Positions 1 to 11,115 of a DNA stretch of 64,000 nt are shown one piece after another. Position 1 is the stretch's first letter, and the number at the start of each line of letters is the position of its first letter. This stretch comes from Octopus sinensis (lineage: Eukaryota): positions 165,974,001 to 166,038,000 of the forward strand of contig NC_042997.1 of assembly GCF_006345805.1 (NCBI RefSeq), in the 5' to 3' direction. Both the position numbers and the translations under genes were made by a program. The notes under the pieces are model-generated. The model was given only the letters and a program-made list of their open reading frames with translations, ran no database searches and had not been told where the DNA came from.

Positions 1-492
1 GGTAGAACGATTATCCCAAGCCATTTAGAATTATTTAATTCGGTAAGGTGAATTTGAAGTCTTACAGCCGTTTCTGGGATAACCTAAAGATTTGGTTAGC
101 ATGTCCGTGACAAGGTATGAATATTTTAGACGGGAAAAATTTACAGTTTAGAAGGAATAAAATAGAAGTATAATGGAGTAAAATAGAAGAATAAAGAATA
201 AAAGTAGTTAGCAGAATAAAGGCAGAAGAATAATGTTCACAACGCATCTTTTAACAGAAGATATGGATGTTGGTTGATACTTCCATGAAGATACAGGTTT
301 TTAGTTAAAATCCCAGGTAAATCCAGGCAGTATTTTGGCCGTATTCTGAATGATGTACATCATTCAGAATACTGCTGATATATATATATATACACACACA
401 TATATATGTATACACATACACCCCACACACACATACATATATATATAAATATATACACACACACATATGTGTGTGTGTGTGTATGTGTGTGT

Positions 493-778
493 GGAGACGC
501 AATGGCCCAGTGGTTAGGGCAGTGGACTCGCGGTCGTAGGATCGCAGTTTCGATTCCCAGACCGGGCGTTGTGAGTGTTTATTGAGCGAAAACACCTAAA
601 GCTGGGGCTCTCTGTTGTACTCTTTCGCCACAACTTTCTCTCATTCTTTCTTCTGTTGGCCTACTCGTTTAGCCAGCGGGGTGGCGTCAATTGAAGGCTA
701 AAACAATGCGAAGCGCATTGTGACCAGCAATGTGTAGCAACATCTGATAGCCTGGTCGGTCACTGTGATCACGGTGAT
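493..778 (+). mobile_element. tRNA-derived SINE family 2 copy
   Basis: Head tggcccagtggttagggcagtggactcgcgg...tttcgattcc; relatives at ~7130, ~41905, 48441-48740, 57068 and ~62960-63200 (-). Confidence 0.75.
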
Positions 779-1169
779 ATATATATATATACATACGGAC
801 ACAATTGCAGCGGGAAGATGTTTTAAGCCATTTAAGAATGCACAAAAAACTGTTAGCTTCACTTGAACATTTTAATTTAATATGTGTCAAAATGTTTTCG
901 TCGCTTTGAAACCGCGACTTCTTCACTGACAAAGCACACGAAGTTTTGTCAGTGAACACGTCGCGGTTTCAAAGCGACGGAAATATTTTGACACAAATTA
1001 AATGTAAATGCTGAAGTGAATCTAACGTTTGTGTTTGTTTGTGTGTGTGTGTGTGTGTGTGGTGTGTGTGTGTGTGTTGTTAAATTGCTTACAAATATCT
1101 TCCATGCTGCAATTGTTTCTGTTTCGGTACACGATCTCAAACCAAGTCACTTGCTATGCAAGTATATCT

Positions 1170-1390
1170 CTGGCAGAAACGTTAGCACGCCGGGCGAAAT
1201 GCGTTGCCGTATTTCGTCTGCCGTTACGTTCCCAGTTCAAATTCCGCCGAGGTCGACTTTGCCTTTCATCCTTCCGGGGTCGATAAATTAAGTACCAGTT
1301 ACGCACTGGGGTCGATGTAATCGACTTAATCCCTTTGTCTGTCCTTGTTTGTCTCCTCTGTGTTTAGCCCCTTGTGGGTAGTAAAGAAAT
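1170..1390 (+). mobile_element. SINE family 1 copy
   Basis: Near-identical to 31301-31532. Confidence 0.85.
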
Positions 1391-1857
1391 ATATATATAT
1401 ATATATATTCTGATTATTTTGTGCTGGGGGAAAAACCATGACGTAGAATTTGTCTTCGTGATAAACATCAGAATTTATAATGATTTGGCAGATCTGAGTA
1501 TGGTGAAAAATTGGTGTTGACTTGATGTAGTTTGAATATAGTTTACAATATCAATTACTATATGCTATAATGTGGATCCTCGTCCGCTTGTATGTTATTA
1601 TCGGCACTGTAATATTCTGGTTGCCACTAATATGTTGTGGCGCTATTCCGCGTCATATTAGCATTTGATCGTCTATCGTGCTATCGCTGACACACACACA
1701 AACATCTACCTTGACAGTAACTCGAACTCGTATGTATTACACGACTAACACTGATTCCAACGGCGAAACTCGTACAACGAATTTACCACTATTGACATAT
1801 TCTTTATTACCCACATGAGACTTACAAAGAGAGACGATACAAGGACAGACATCAGAC

Positions 1858-2068
1858 GGCGTGGTGGCAGAAACGTTAGCACGCCGGGCGAAATGCGTAG
1901 CTGTATTTCGTCTGCCGTTATGTTCTGAGTTCAAATTCCGCCGAGGTCGACTTTGCTTTCATCCTTTCGGGGTCGATAAATTAAGTACCAGTTACGCACC
2001 GGGGTCGATGTAATCGACTTAATCCGTTTGTGTGTCTTTGTTTGTCCCCCTCTATTTTTAGCCCCTTT
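1858..2068 (+). mobile_element. SINE family 1 copy
   Basis: Same consensus. Confidence 0.85.
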
Positions 2069-2252
2069 AGAAACAGATACAACGACAGACAACCATGTAA
2101 GTGGGGGGAGGGGGAAAGAAGAACGAATGGAAAAGGTAGATATGAATCATGAAAAATGGAATGAAGACCACTCGACCCCACATCTAAGCGGCCTCATTTA
2201 ACTTTTTTTTAACACAATTCTTTTTGTTTAAAATTTTTTTTACATCAATTCG

Positions 2253-2756
2253 TTACAAATAATTCTCGAGTTGAAGATGGTGAAAGTCCACCTTTGATGG
2301 CAGCCTACGTACATCTACCTCTTTTTTTAAGTCCACGATCACCGTCCCGAACCTTTTCTTTAGTGTAATCCTCTCTTCGTTGCTTACTATGGCGCATTCA
2401 ACGTGCTCGGGCCATCCGTCCAATTTTGAAACGTTCACCGACACTTGAGAGTTTATCTCTTTTTTAATTCTCTTGCTGTATAAAATGGCATACAGTTTCT
2501 TTCCTTTTTCTGTTTTTTCTTTTTGAGGTGGGGATGGGGTAATTTCGGGCTCCTGTGTATTTGTCATTGTGTTTGTGTCAGGTGGGGCGGGATGAGGGTT
2601 GGTGACTGCAGGCGGAGGATGGGAGATGGGTGGGAGTTCACATCTTCGCCTTGATTCCTTCTTTTCTCTTTTCCGTTTCTTTGGTGCTGTATTCCATCCA
2701 TCTTTCTCTTCTGCCTCCTTGTTCTCTTCCTCCTTCTCCGGCTCCTTCTCGCTCAC
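2253..2756 (-). other. 167-aa ORF of unknown, probably transposon gag/ORF1-like, origin
   Basis: Open and not microsatellite-derived, with E/K-rich and P-rich segments, but a GTG start and no recognisable domain. Confidence 0.3.
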
Positions 2757-2950
2757 ACACGACGTCGCATGAACGTCGCAAAAGAAATAACAACTCTACC
2801 ACTACTTGCTACTTGCAACGGCTGACTGCCTGATTTTATAGTGGCTTCTCATACCACTTTGCCATATGGGAAGGAGTGACCCACTTCACTACATCTCACC
2901 TATTAGTTCTTTTTTCTTTGGGAAGCAAGTAATTTCATTTTATTTTATTT

Positions 2951-3895
2951 ACCCCTCCTCCCTTTTTAGCGTTTTTTTTCCAATTTAATATTTTTTCTTT
3001 TTGGCGTTTAATTGCAGGAATCCCGTGTTATTCCTTTTTCTTCCACTTGACATGCTGACAGTCTATCCAGATTAATACCCAAAAATGGCGAACCATTCGA
3101 GGACACAGTAATATCAGCCCTAAGGGCCGAAGGGGAAATTAAACACATAAAGTGGAACATTGCACGAGAGTTACCAATAACTACCTTTAACGGTATTGGT
3201 ACCTGGAATATGTCATACAGCCACTCCTTAGGTTCTTCTAATCTGTCTGGTTCATTTTCTATGAATCTCTTCTTTAATTGGCTTCTGTGTCTTTTTCAAT
3301 GCTTTTTTGCTTTTTATACATTACATCGTTTTTCCTATGTAATTTGTAATTTTGCCTTCTTCCCAGTACTGTTTTCCGTTTTTATACGACTTCATGTACA
3401 CCTTGTCACCAATTTTGAAAAAATTTGCATTGTCTTTTCTGGCACTTTTTCTTTCCTTGCCTGGTAATAGTTTATCAAAAACTGATTTCACCTTCCTGTC
3501 GAACATCAATACTGCTGGTGAGCTTCCTCCTGGTGTAATGGGGGTTCAGTATCACCCTGTATAACCTTAGGAATTGCTGTAGAGCGACTTCGTCTGTGAC
3601 TTCCTTGTTTGTTTTTCTCAAAACTCTTTTAAAAGTGTTAATAAACCGCCCTACCTGTCCATTTGATCTGAAATGGTAAGGCTCTATCGTTTTATGTTAT
3701 ACTGTAAACATTTCGCAGAATTTTCTAAATTCACTAGACACAAATTGTGTTCCATTATCAGATACAATCATATCTGGTATGCCGAATATTGCGAATAATT
3801 CGTGCAATTATTACGATTGAGGCAGTTGGTTTTTGCACTTAACAATTTGCGGCCATTTTGTAGAACTGTCAACTACTACTAAATAGTAATAACCA
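2951..3895 (-). mobile_element. Degenerate Ty3/Gypsy LTR retrotransposon integrase plus polypurine tract
   Basis: Minus translation YLVVVDSSTKWP...FGIPDMIVSDNGTQFVSSEF...PYHFRSNGQVGRF...FKIGDKVY with stops; PPT-like AAAAAGGGAGGAGGGG at 2951-2967. Confidence 0.85.
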
Positions 3896-6112
3896 TTTCT
3901 TTTTTCTTCAGAAATGTAAATAAACCCACGTGGGTTTATCAGTGACAGCTACACCGCCGGAAGTTCTTGTTGAACTTGCTGACAAACAACAGCAGAAATT
4001 GTATTCACCTCAATAGACGTCATTGATTGGTTGAAATTGCCGAAATGCAAGAAATTTAACAACAAATAGCTTACAAACTACAGAATTTTCTCAAGAAAAC
4101 TAAGAGAAAAAGATGCTTTATGTAACACATTCTACCAGTACACAAAATTTAAAAGTGTTTAGTTACAAAGAAATTATTTTTTAAATCTGCCGGTCAAATT
4201 GAAAAGATCCGAGGTAAGCCCATTATATTGACCTCATTGCACGACAGGTACTTGTTTTATGGACCCCCAAAAGGATGAAAGGTAAAATCGACCTTGACAG
4301 AATTAGAACTCTGAACGTAAAGACGGACGAAATGCTGCTGATAATTTTGTCCGGCGTACTAACGGTTCTGCCAGATTGCCACCATACAAGTAGATATAAC
4401 ATAATAAGTTATAATAGATGTTGATATCTTACAAGTAATTATTTTATGAACCGGTGTCTTAACTAACTTCAGATCTTACAAACAATACAATAGCAATTTC
4501 AATGGTTTTAGAGTTATTTTTTAAAAAAATTGATTCGGTTTGAAATTTATTTTTAAATGAAAAAAATAGGGAACTGTAGAGGGAAGAATACGAATCAAGA
4601 AAACATAAGTGTTTAAAATTAAACGCGAAATCTGAAATGGGTCATGGAGTAATGGTTCCAATTCGAAGATAAATATTGAAACAGGAATTCTTCCGTGAAA
4701 AAAAAAAAAAAAACAGTTACAAAAGAAAAAATGATTTTGATTCGAAATTATATTCTGTTACTGATCCACTTCCCACAACTGCTATCTGTTTAAGACATTA
4801 TTTCACTTTGAACTATCTCAAATTTCAAACCGAGATCCTTAGAAATAATGGAAGAAATGTCAAGAACATGAATTGTTTAACACACTACCAGGTGGGAAGA
4901 GGAGCACAACTGAAATACTTGGAAATCAAAAACGAGGTCATCCACAACATACTTTTATATCTTTATATTTTTCTGAAAGATTTGTCGCACTTTTAGTTTG
5001 TTAGATTTAATAGTAGCCGCGAGAGTTTTGTACTTTCAATGTAAGTTCCAATGCTTTTGCTTTGCACAAAAATGAGTAAAATGAATACAATAAAAAGCTA
5101 AATAGATATAAAAGAAAAGTAAAAGATGTATTGTAATGTTACTGATAATGTCTGTAATTCTTTAGAGTCCTCAACCCCCAATGACCGATTTGGAATACTT
5201 TTGTTTATTTTGCTTCTCTGGGTGGCAAGTTTCGAAGATTGACTTTAGTCATTCGGAACAAACAGGTGACAGCTGTTGTAATCGTCATCGCTAAATGTAA
5301 AACTAAACCTACGAAGATATTTTCTGAAACCAGAATTTTTCGTTTTTCATTAAGATAAAAACAAAAAAGGGTCACCGTATGTGATTCACATAACAGGAAT
5401 GACAAGTTTAGCTTGAGTATACACGCATACGCACATACAGAAAATCAAAAAAGCTCACATACTTATACACTGGTAGATATTAGTTTACTGTTAATACAGT
5501 CAATTATTTGGGTAGTTTCATCTGAAGTTACTAAAATTTCTTGATATTTGATTTGAAAATTATCTTTCCAGTTTCAAGAAAAGCATCAACATTGATGACA
5601 CCAGAAAAAGAGCGTTTTTAAAAATCGTTTTACTGTTTTATGTCTAAAGAAACTGAAAGCAAACAAAAATTGAAAACCATCACGAACGGCGGAGTGGAAA
5701 ACTTTAGAAGTTTGCGGGAGAAATTAAAAACAGAAGAGGGTGCGGTGAGCTATTTTCAATAAAAGGAAATAATAACAGTGCTCAATGACACTGCAAGACA
5801 ACAGGCTGCAACAAATTTGTATCTGAGCTTGAAAGTAACACTCTTCCATGAACATATACAGCGCAGATAGGTGCTGGCAATGTAGCAAGAAGCTTGCTTT
5901 CCAACCACATGGTTTCATGTTCAGTTCCACTGCGTGGCACTTTAGGCAAGTCCTAGGCTTACCAAAGCCTTGTTAGTGGATTAGATAGACGGAAACTTTA
6001 GCTCGAATGTGTGATATGTATAGTTGAAATTTATTGTAAAACAAAAGACAAAGACAGTTGTATGAACAACAAACAAGTGTATTAGTTTGACGCTCGGGAA
6101 AAATGAAAATGT

Positions 6113-6148
6113 CTTTTAAGTTTCGAGCTTACGCTCTTCAACTGAAAG
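6113..6148 (-). ncRNA. Degenerate hammerhead-like motif, GAGC-GNRA-GCTC stem II family
   Basis: CTTT-CAGTTGA-A-GAGC-GTAA-GCTC-GAAA-C-TTA-AAAG; the core deviates at two positions. A truncated second copy lies at 14548-14575 in the same repeat context. Confidence 0.45.
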
Positions 6149-6192
6149 GAATATATATATTTATAACTGTCAGAAAACGCCGTTCGAGAATT

Positions 6193-6241
6193 CCTTATAC
6201 TGAATTCAGTTTCAGCAAGTTCCATTGCCTCATCAGTAAAG
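6193..6241 (-). ncRNA. Type I minimal hammerhead ribozyme motif (Penelope-like repeat)
   Basis: Minus strand reads CTTTA-CTGATGA-GGCAAT-GGAA-CTTGCT-GAAA-CTGAATTCAG-TA-TAAGG: full core, stem I 5 bp, stem II 5 bp, palindromic stem III, GUA cleavage triplet. Confidence 0.8.
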
Positions 6242-6533
6242 ACTGGTTCTACTTCGGCAGTCTTTGGACTTACCTTTCTATCTGTATATCTGTTTTCATC
6301 ATAGAAATCTATAGATGATTTAGGGAATCGCTAAAGTACATACATAAAATTAAAATATACAGCAGTTTGCAATGTTTTCCCAAAACGAAAACTATAACTG
6401 TCACTAAATGCGACTAGGGTGTTGGAAACACCTACATTGCTAGAAATAAGAGCTAAAATGTCCTAATACTGTAGTTAACGCACGTAAGTGTATACAGAGA
6501 AGTAAATCCAGAATCTGCCGAAGTGAAGCCAGT

Positions 6534-6582
6534 CGTTACTGACGATGCAATGGAAATTGCCGAAACTGAATTCAGTATAAGG
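6534..6582 (+). ncRNA. Type I minimal hammerhead ribozyme motif, inverted copy of 6193-6241
   Basis: CGTTA-CTGACGA-TGCAAT-GGAA-ATTGCC-GAAA-CTGAATTCAG-TA-TAAGG; one mismatch in stem I and one at the base of stem II. Confidence 0.75.
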
Positions 6583-8258
6583 AATTTTCGAACGGCGTTT
6601 TCCAACAATTATAGTCCTTCTCTGTATATATGTATACAATTATGTGCGTTGACTACAGTATGAGAGCATTTTAGCTCTTATTTCTAGCAATGCAGGTGTT
6701 TCTAACATCCTAGTCGCATTTAGTGAAAATTATAATTTTCCTGTTTGGTAAACATTGCAAACTACTGTATATATATGCATGTATGTATGTATATACATAC
6801 AAAGAGAGGGAGAGAGAGAGGAGAGAGAAAGAGCGTCAGAGAAAAAGACAGAGAAGGTGTATCTGACCTAATACCGCTTGAGAACTGGCATTGATTTGCT
6901 CACATCCGCGTAACTTAGTTGTTCGGCATGACAGACCGACAAAATGAGTTCCAGACTTTAAGAAGGGGAACAAAAGTAATAGGTTCAATTAGCTGTGACC
7001 TGTTTCAGAAAATGTTACGGCGCATTGCAAATTTTCAGTTTTCTCATGTTCATTCGTTGTTCTGTTTCACAGTTTTTCAAAAGTTCATTTGTTATTATCT
7101 TCCATTTTGATGCTGAAGATACATGACTTAATGGATAGAGTGTTGCACGCAAGGTCGTAGTTTCGATTCCCAGACCGGACAATGCGTTATGTTCTTGAGC
7201 AAGGCACTTCCTTTGATGTTGTGCCAGTCAGCTCACCTATATTTAAGAAACCCTACGAATAATTGGCATCCCGTTCAGAGGATGGTGTGATCTCAGTCAC
7301 TTATATGCCACGGTAAACAGGTAACGAGACTATGAATCATAGGACTCAAGACAGTAGTATCCATAATGTCCATTCATAATTTGTTGCTTTCTTTCGTTTT
7401 CTGTCATTAAATATTTTCACTTCTAGAAGTTTTGTTACAATTTTATGAATAATTTCTCACAAAATAACGCGTAATCAAATACAAATTTTTAAAAACTGGC
7501 GAGGGAAAACATGCCTTCAAAACCAAAACAAACAAACGGGGGAAAGTGGCCGCATCTGATTGGTTGAAATTCTATACAAAATTTCACTGTTAAAAGATTG
7601 GTTACTTCTTTATTTTAAGTTTTCCTCTAAAATCTCTGCCATTTTTGTAATTAGCATGAAAAACTACATCTGTGAAGAAAGTCCAAGATCCATTTTATTG
7701 ATCTCTACTCGATGACAAATTTGATTGCTTTTAAAGTAGAATGCTATGCAAAGAACGTCCACAGTTATTGACTACTTGATGCTATCATACAAGAATTCCA
7801 TAGTATCTGTAGAGTTTATATAAATAGATAAATAATAGAAAATGGAATGAATAAAGAATAATATACTATGCTTCACACTTTCTTCCTTAAAATCTGATCA
7901 TTAAGATAGGATTGTAGTTTATAATCAACGAGACCATTTTTTAGTCTATCCATTTATTTCTGATTTTGCATTTTGATTATAATTGTATTTTGTCTTTCGC
8001 TATATCTGTGGGTTACGTTTTGTCTGTAAACTGCTGAAAATGACACATCACTTTGGATATGCATTCTCACACTGAGTGAAATGACAGTAGGATCTAACAA
8101 AGGACTTATTAAAACAATGACTTGTGGAGGCCAGTTTTACACCTTTGATGTAGGATAATGATTAAACAACATCGCACCAATGTACTACAGGTGTAAAAAT
8201 GTGTCGAAACAATTGTAGTGATTATAAATAAAGAATGTTGTTCATTCCATTTTCTGTC

Positions 8259-8630
<372 letters not shown>

Positions 8631-9854
8631 TATACCATGGACTTCAACAGTTTCTGTATACCATATTCATTTACAATGCATTAGTTGGCCCAGAGCTATA
8701 GTAGAAGATATTCGCATAAAGTGCTGTATAGTGGGACTGAACCACTGAATCGGAAGCCATGTGGTTGCAAACCCAGGTCCTAATTTTTTTGTAAACATGG
8801 TCTTATTGTTTGTTTGTTTTTTTTACTTATCTTTGTTATTTGTGAAGAAACCTAACTTCAAGCTACTTTTTACAGATCACTTTTTATCCATTGTTTTCTA
8901 AGCCCGAGGAAAGTAAGTAGGGAAAAAAATTTTGATCTTGCACTCCACAAAAAATTTAGGTCGTACGCTTACACCTCCTGTGCCTCCCCGCCCCCGTGCC
9001 CTCTGTACCCAGGCCCTTGGTTAGCCTATTTACAAAGAAAGATAATAAGAGTTTATGACATTCAGATCTTCCTCCATTTATAATAAAATAAGCTGGAAAT
9101 GAAACGGTCTCTTGAAATTCCCTTGGTGGGAAGATTCTTATTCTACGACAACCGAAGATGTTCGCCCTCCTCCCCTAAGTTATATATTACTTTGTTTGGC
9201 ACAGTCTTAAAAGTTCATACGAAACTGGGTCGAGTGAAAGGGCGTGTGAATTATAGTTACGTACAGGACAAGGGGGGACAGAGACAAGGAAAATGAATAG
9301 AGAATGAGTGAAGGAGATGCGAACCGTAGAGTCGTATGATGGTTTACAGTTCTGACATAGAAATCCTTTGGAGAAGAACAATTCTGAAAGCGAAAATTTA
9401 TGTTCATCTGCAACTGTTTTTTACATTCTTCCACTTATTCCAGCCACACCATCCTCCTCATTTTTAGTCCATTCTCCATCTTCCCTTCCTCCCCTCCTCC
9501 TCCTTCTTAACCTTATTATGTTTGTTACTCCTGTGCTCGATTATAAAGTAAACTTTTGCATCAAATAGTCATGGTGATTTGTATTTTTTTTTCAGATATT
9601 CAATTCAGCTTTGTATTAATTGTTATTGTTGTTTATTAGTTTCGGCGCCCCGCAATGCCAGTTTCAATACCTTTAATGCATCATGGCAAATGGCAGTATT
9701 CGAAGAATATTAGAGCTCTCTTCTCACCTTTGGACACATTTGAGCTTTATAGAATTTGGAGTTCGAAATTACTGCTTCAATACTCCTTTCCTGCACATAA
9801 CCTGTTCAATGAAGCCATATTACAGATTTTTACAGTTCCACTGATGGATTCGAT

Positions 9855-10090
9855 CTGTAGTCTTCGAATTAGCTTTCTCCTTTTTGGTTTTGAGAAGCCT
9901 AATTTATCAAGATTGGTATTTAGGCAGTGTGTTACATATCCTACAGCCCCAATAATTACAGGTATAAACCTGAACTGCAGATTTCTCAACAGTTCAGCAT
10001 AGGTGTTCTCTTTTTCACTGATCTTCAGCTTTACGATAACATCCGCTGGGCAGCTAATTTCCACAGCTGTGCACAGTTTCTCTTCTCTTC
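9855..10090 (-). mobile_element. 3' fragment of a non-LTR retrotransposon with restriction-like endonuclease (R4/NeSL-type)
   Basis: CTAVEISCPADV...KENTYAELLRNL..FIPVIIGAVGYV...LQIESISGTVKIC resembles the REL C-terminus; abuts a (TATG)n array. Confidence 0.65.
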
Positions 10091-10094
10091 TCTG

Positions 10095-10114
10095 CATGTA
10101 TGTATGTATGTATG

Positions 10115-10148
<34 letters not shown>

Positions 10149-10252
10149 TGTATGTATGTATGTATGTATGTATGTATGTATGTATGTATGTATGTATGTA
10201 TGTGTGTATGTGTGTGTATGTATGTGTGTGTATGTATGTGTATGTGTGTGTA

Positions 10253-10285
<33 letters not shown>

Positions 10286-10332
10286 ATGTATGTATGTATG
10301 TATGTATGTATGTATGTATGTATGTATGTATG
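10095..10332. repeat. (TATG)n/(TG)n compound microsatellite
   Basis: Read directly. Confidence 0.95.
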
Positions 10333-10691
10333 CCTTTATTGGCATTCATACATTTACTGACTTGCAGACAACTCCTCTAACTCTTTTAATCTCACTTTCT
10401 CATTGTTTTCCTTATTCCCGTGTGAAGGGTAAGGGAGAAAAACATTAGATTCTTTACTCCACACGGCAAGTGAAGCTCTCGAGCATTTCTAGTACTACTT
10501 ATGGACTGATTCTCGTCGACTCAGACCATCACCAGTTTACTCGAATTCCAGGTTTCAGCTCCAGAGAACGATGTGTTTTACTACTCTATTTTAGATTGTA
10601 TTTCAGCTTTGCATTTGATCTCTTCTACAGTTCTATTATCCACAACTAAAACTAGTTGCGCCGTAAAAATTATTGTGTAAATAATCTTAGT

Positions 10692-11115
10692 TCTTTTCGA
10701 TTTGAACGGCAGTTTTTTCTAGCGGTGTCATATGAAATTGTCACCCGTTATTATGACCCTAGTATCGATCTATTGTATTTCAATCTGTTTTAGTGTTAGG
10801 GTTAGAGTTAGGGTTAGGGGTGGGGGGAAGGGTATCTTTTTTTCTTCAAAAATGTAAATAAACCCAATCTGTTTCTTAAACGAGGGACATATTCATACGG
10901 CACAGAATGTTTTTTTAACTCAATGGGGGTCATTGATTGGTTGAAATTGCAGAAATTGAAGAAAAAAAACAACAGATATCTTACAAACCATAGAATTTTC
11001 TCAATAAAGCCAAGAGAAAAAGATGTTTTATAAACACATTCTACCAGTATACGAAGTTTAAATTTTTTTAGTTACCTAGAAATTATGTTAAAAACTGCCG
11101 TTCAAACCGAAAAGA
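10692..11115. mobile_element. MITE with ~24-bp terminal inverted repeats; partial second copy at ~3895-4210
   Basis: tcttttcgatttgaacggcagtttt ... aaaactgccgttcaaaccgaaaaga; internal sequence is shared with 3895-4210. Confidence 0.8.

Larger units (their letters stand above)
6162..6778. repeat. Interleaved inverted repeats: A- (6162-6290), B+ (6347-6500), A+ (6490-6613), B- (6620-6778)
   Basis: Reverse-complement matches read directly; the A units carry the hammerheads. Confidence 0.8.

Noticed and set aside
493-570. tRNA-like sequences here and at 43589, 48441 and 57068
   Set aside because: They have A and B boxes but continue into repeat bodies and I could not fold a full cloverleaf, so they are treated as SINE heads.
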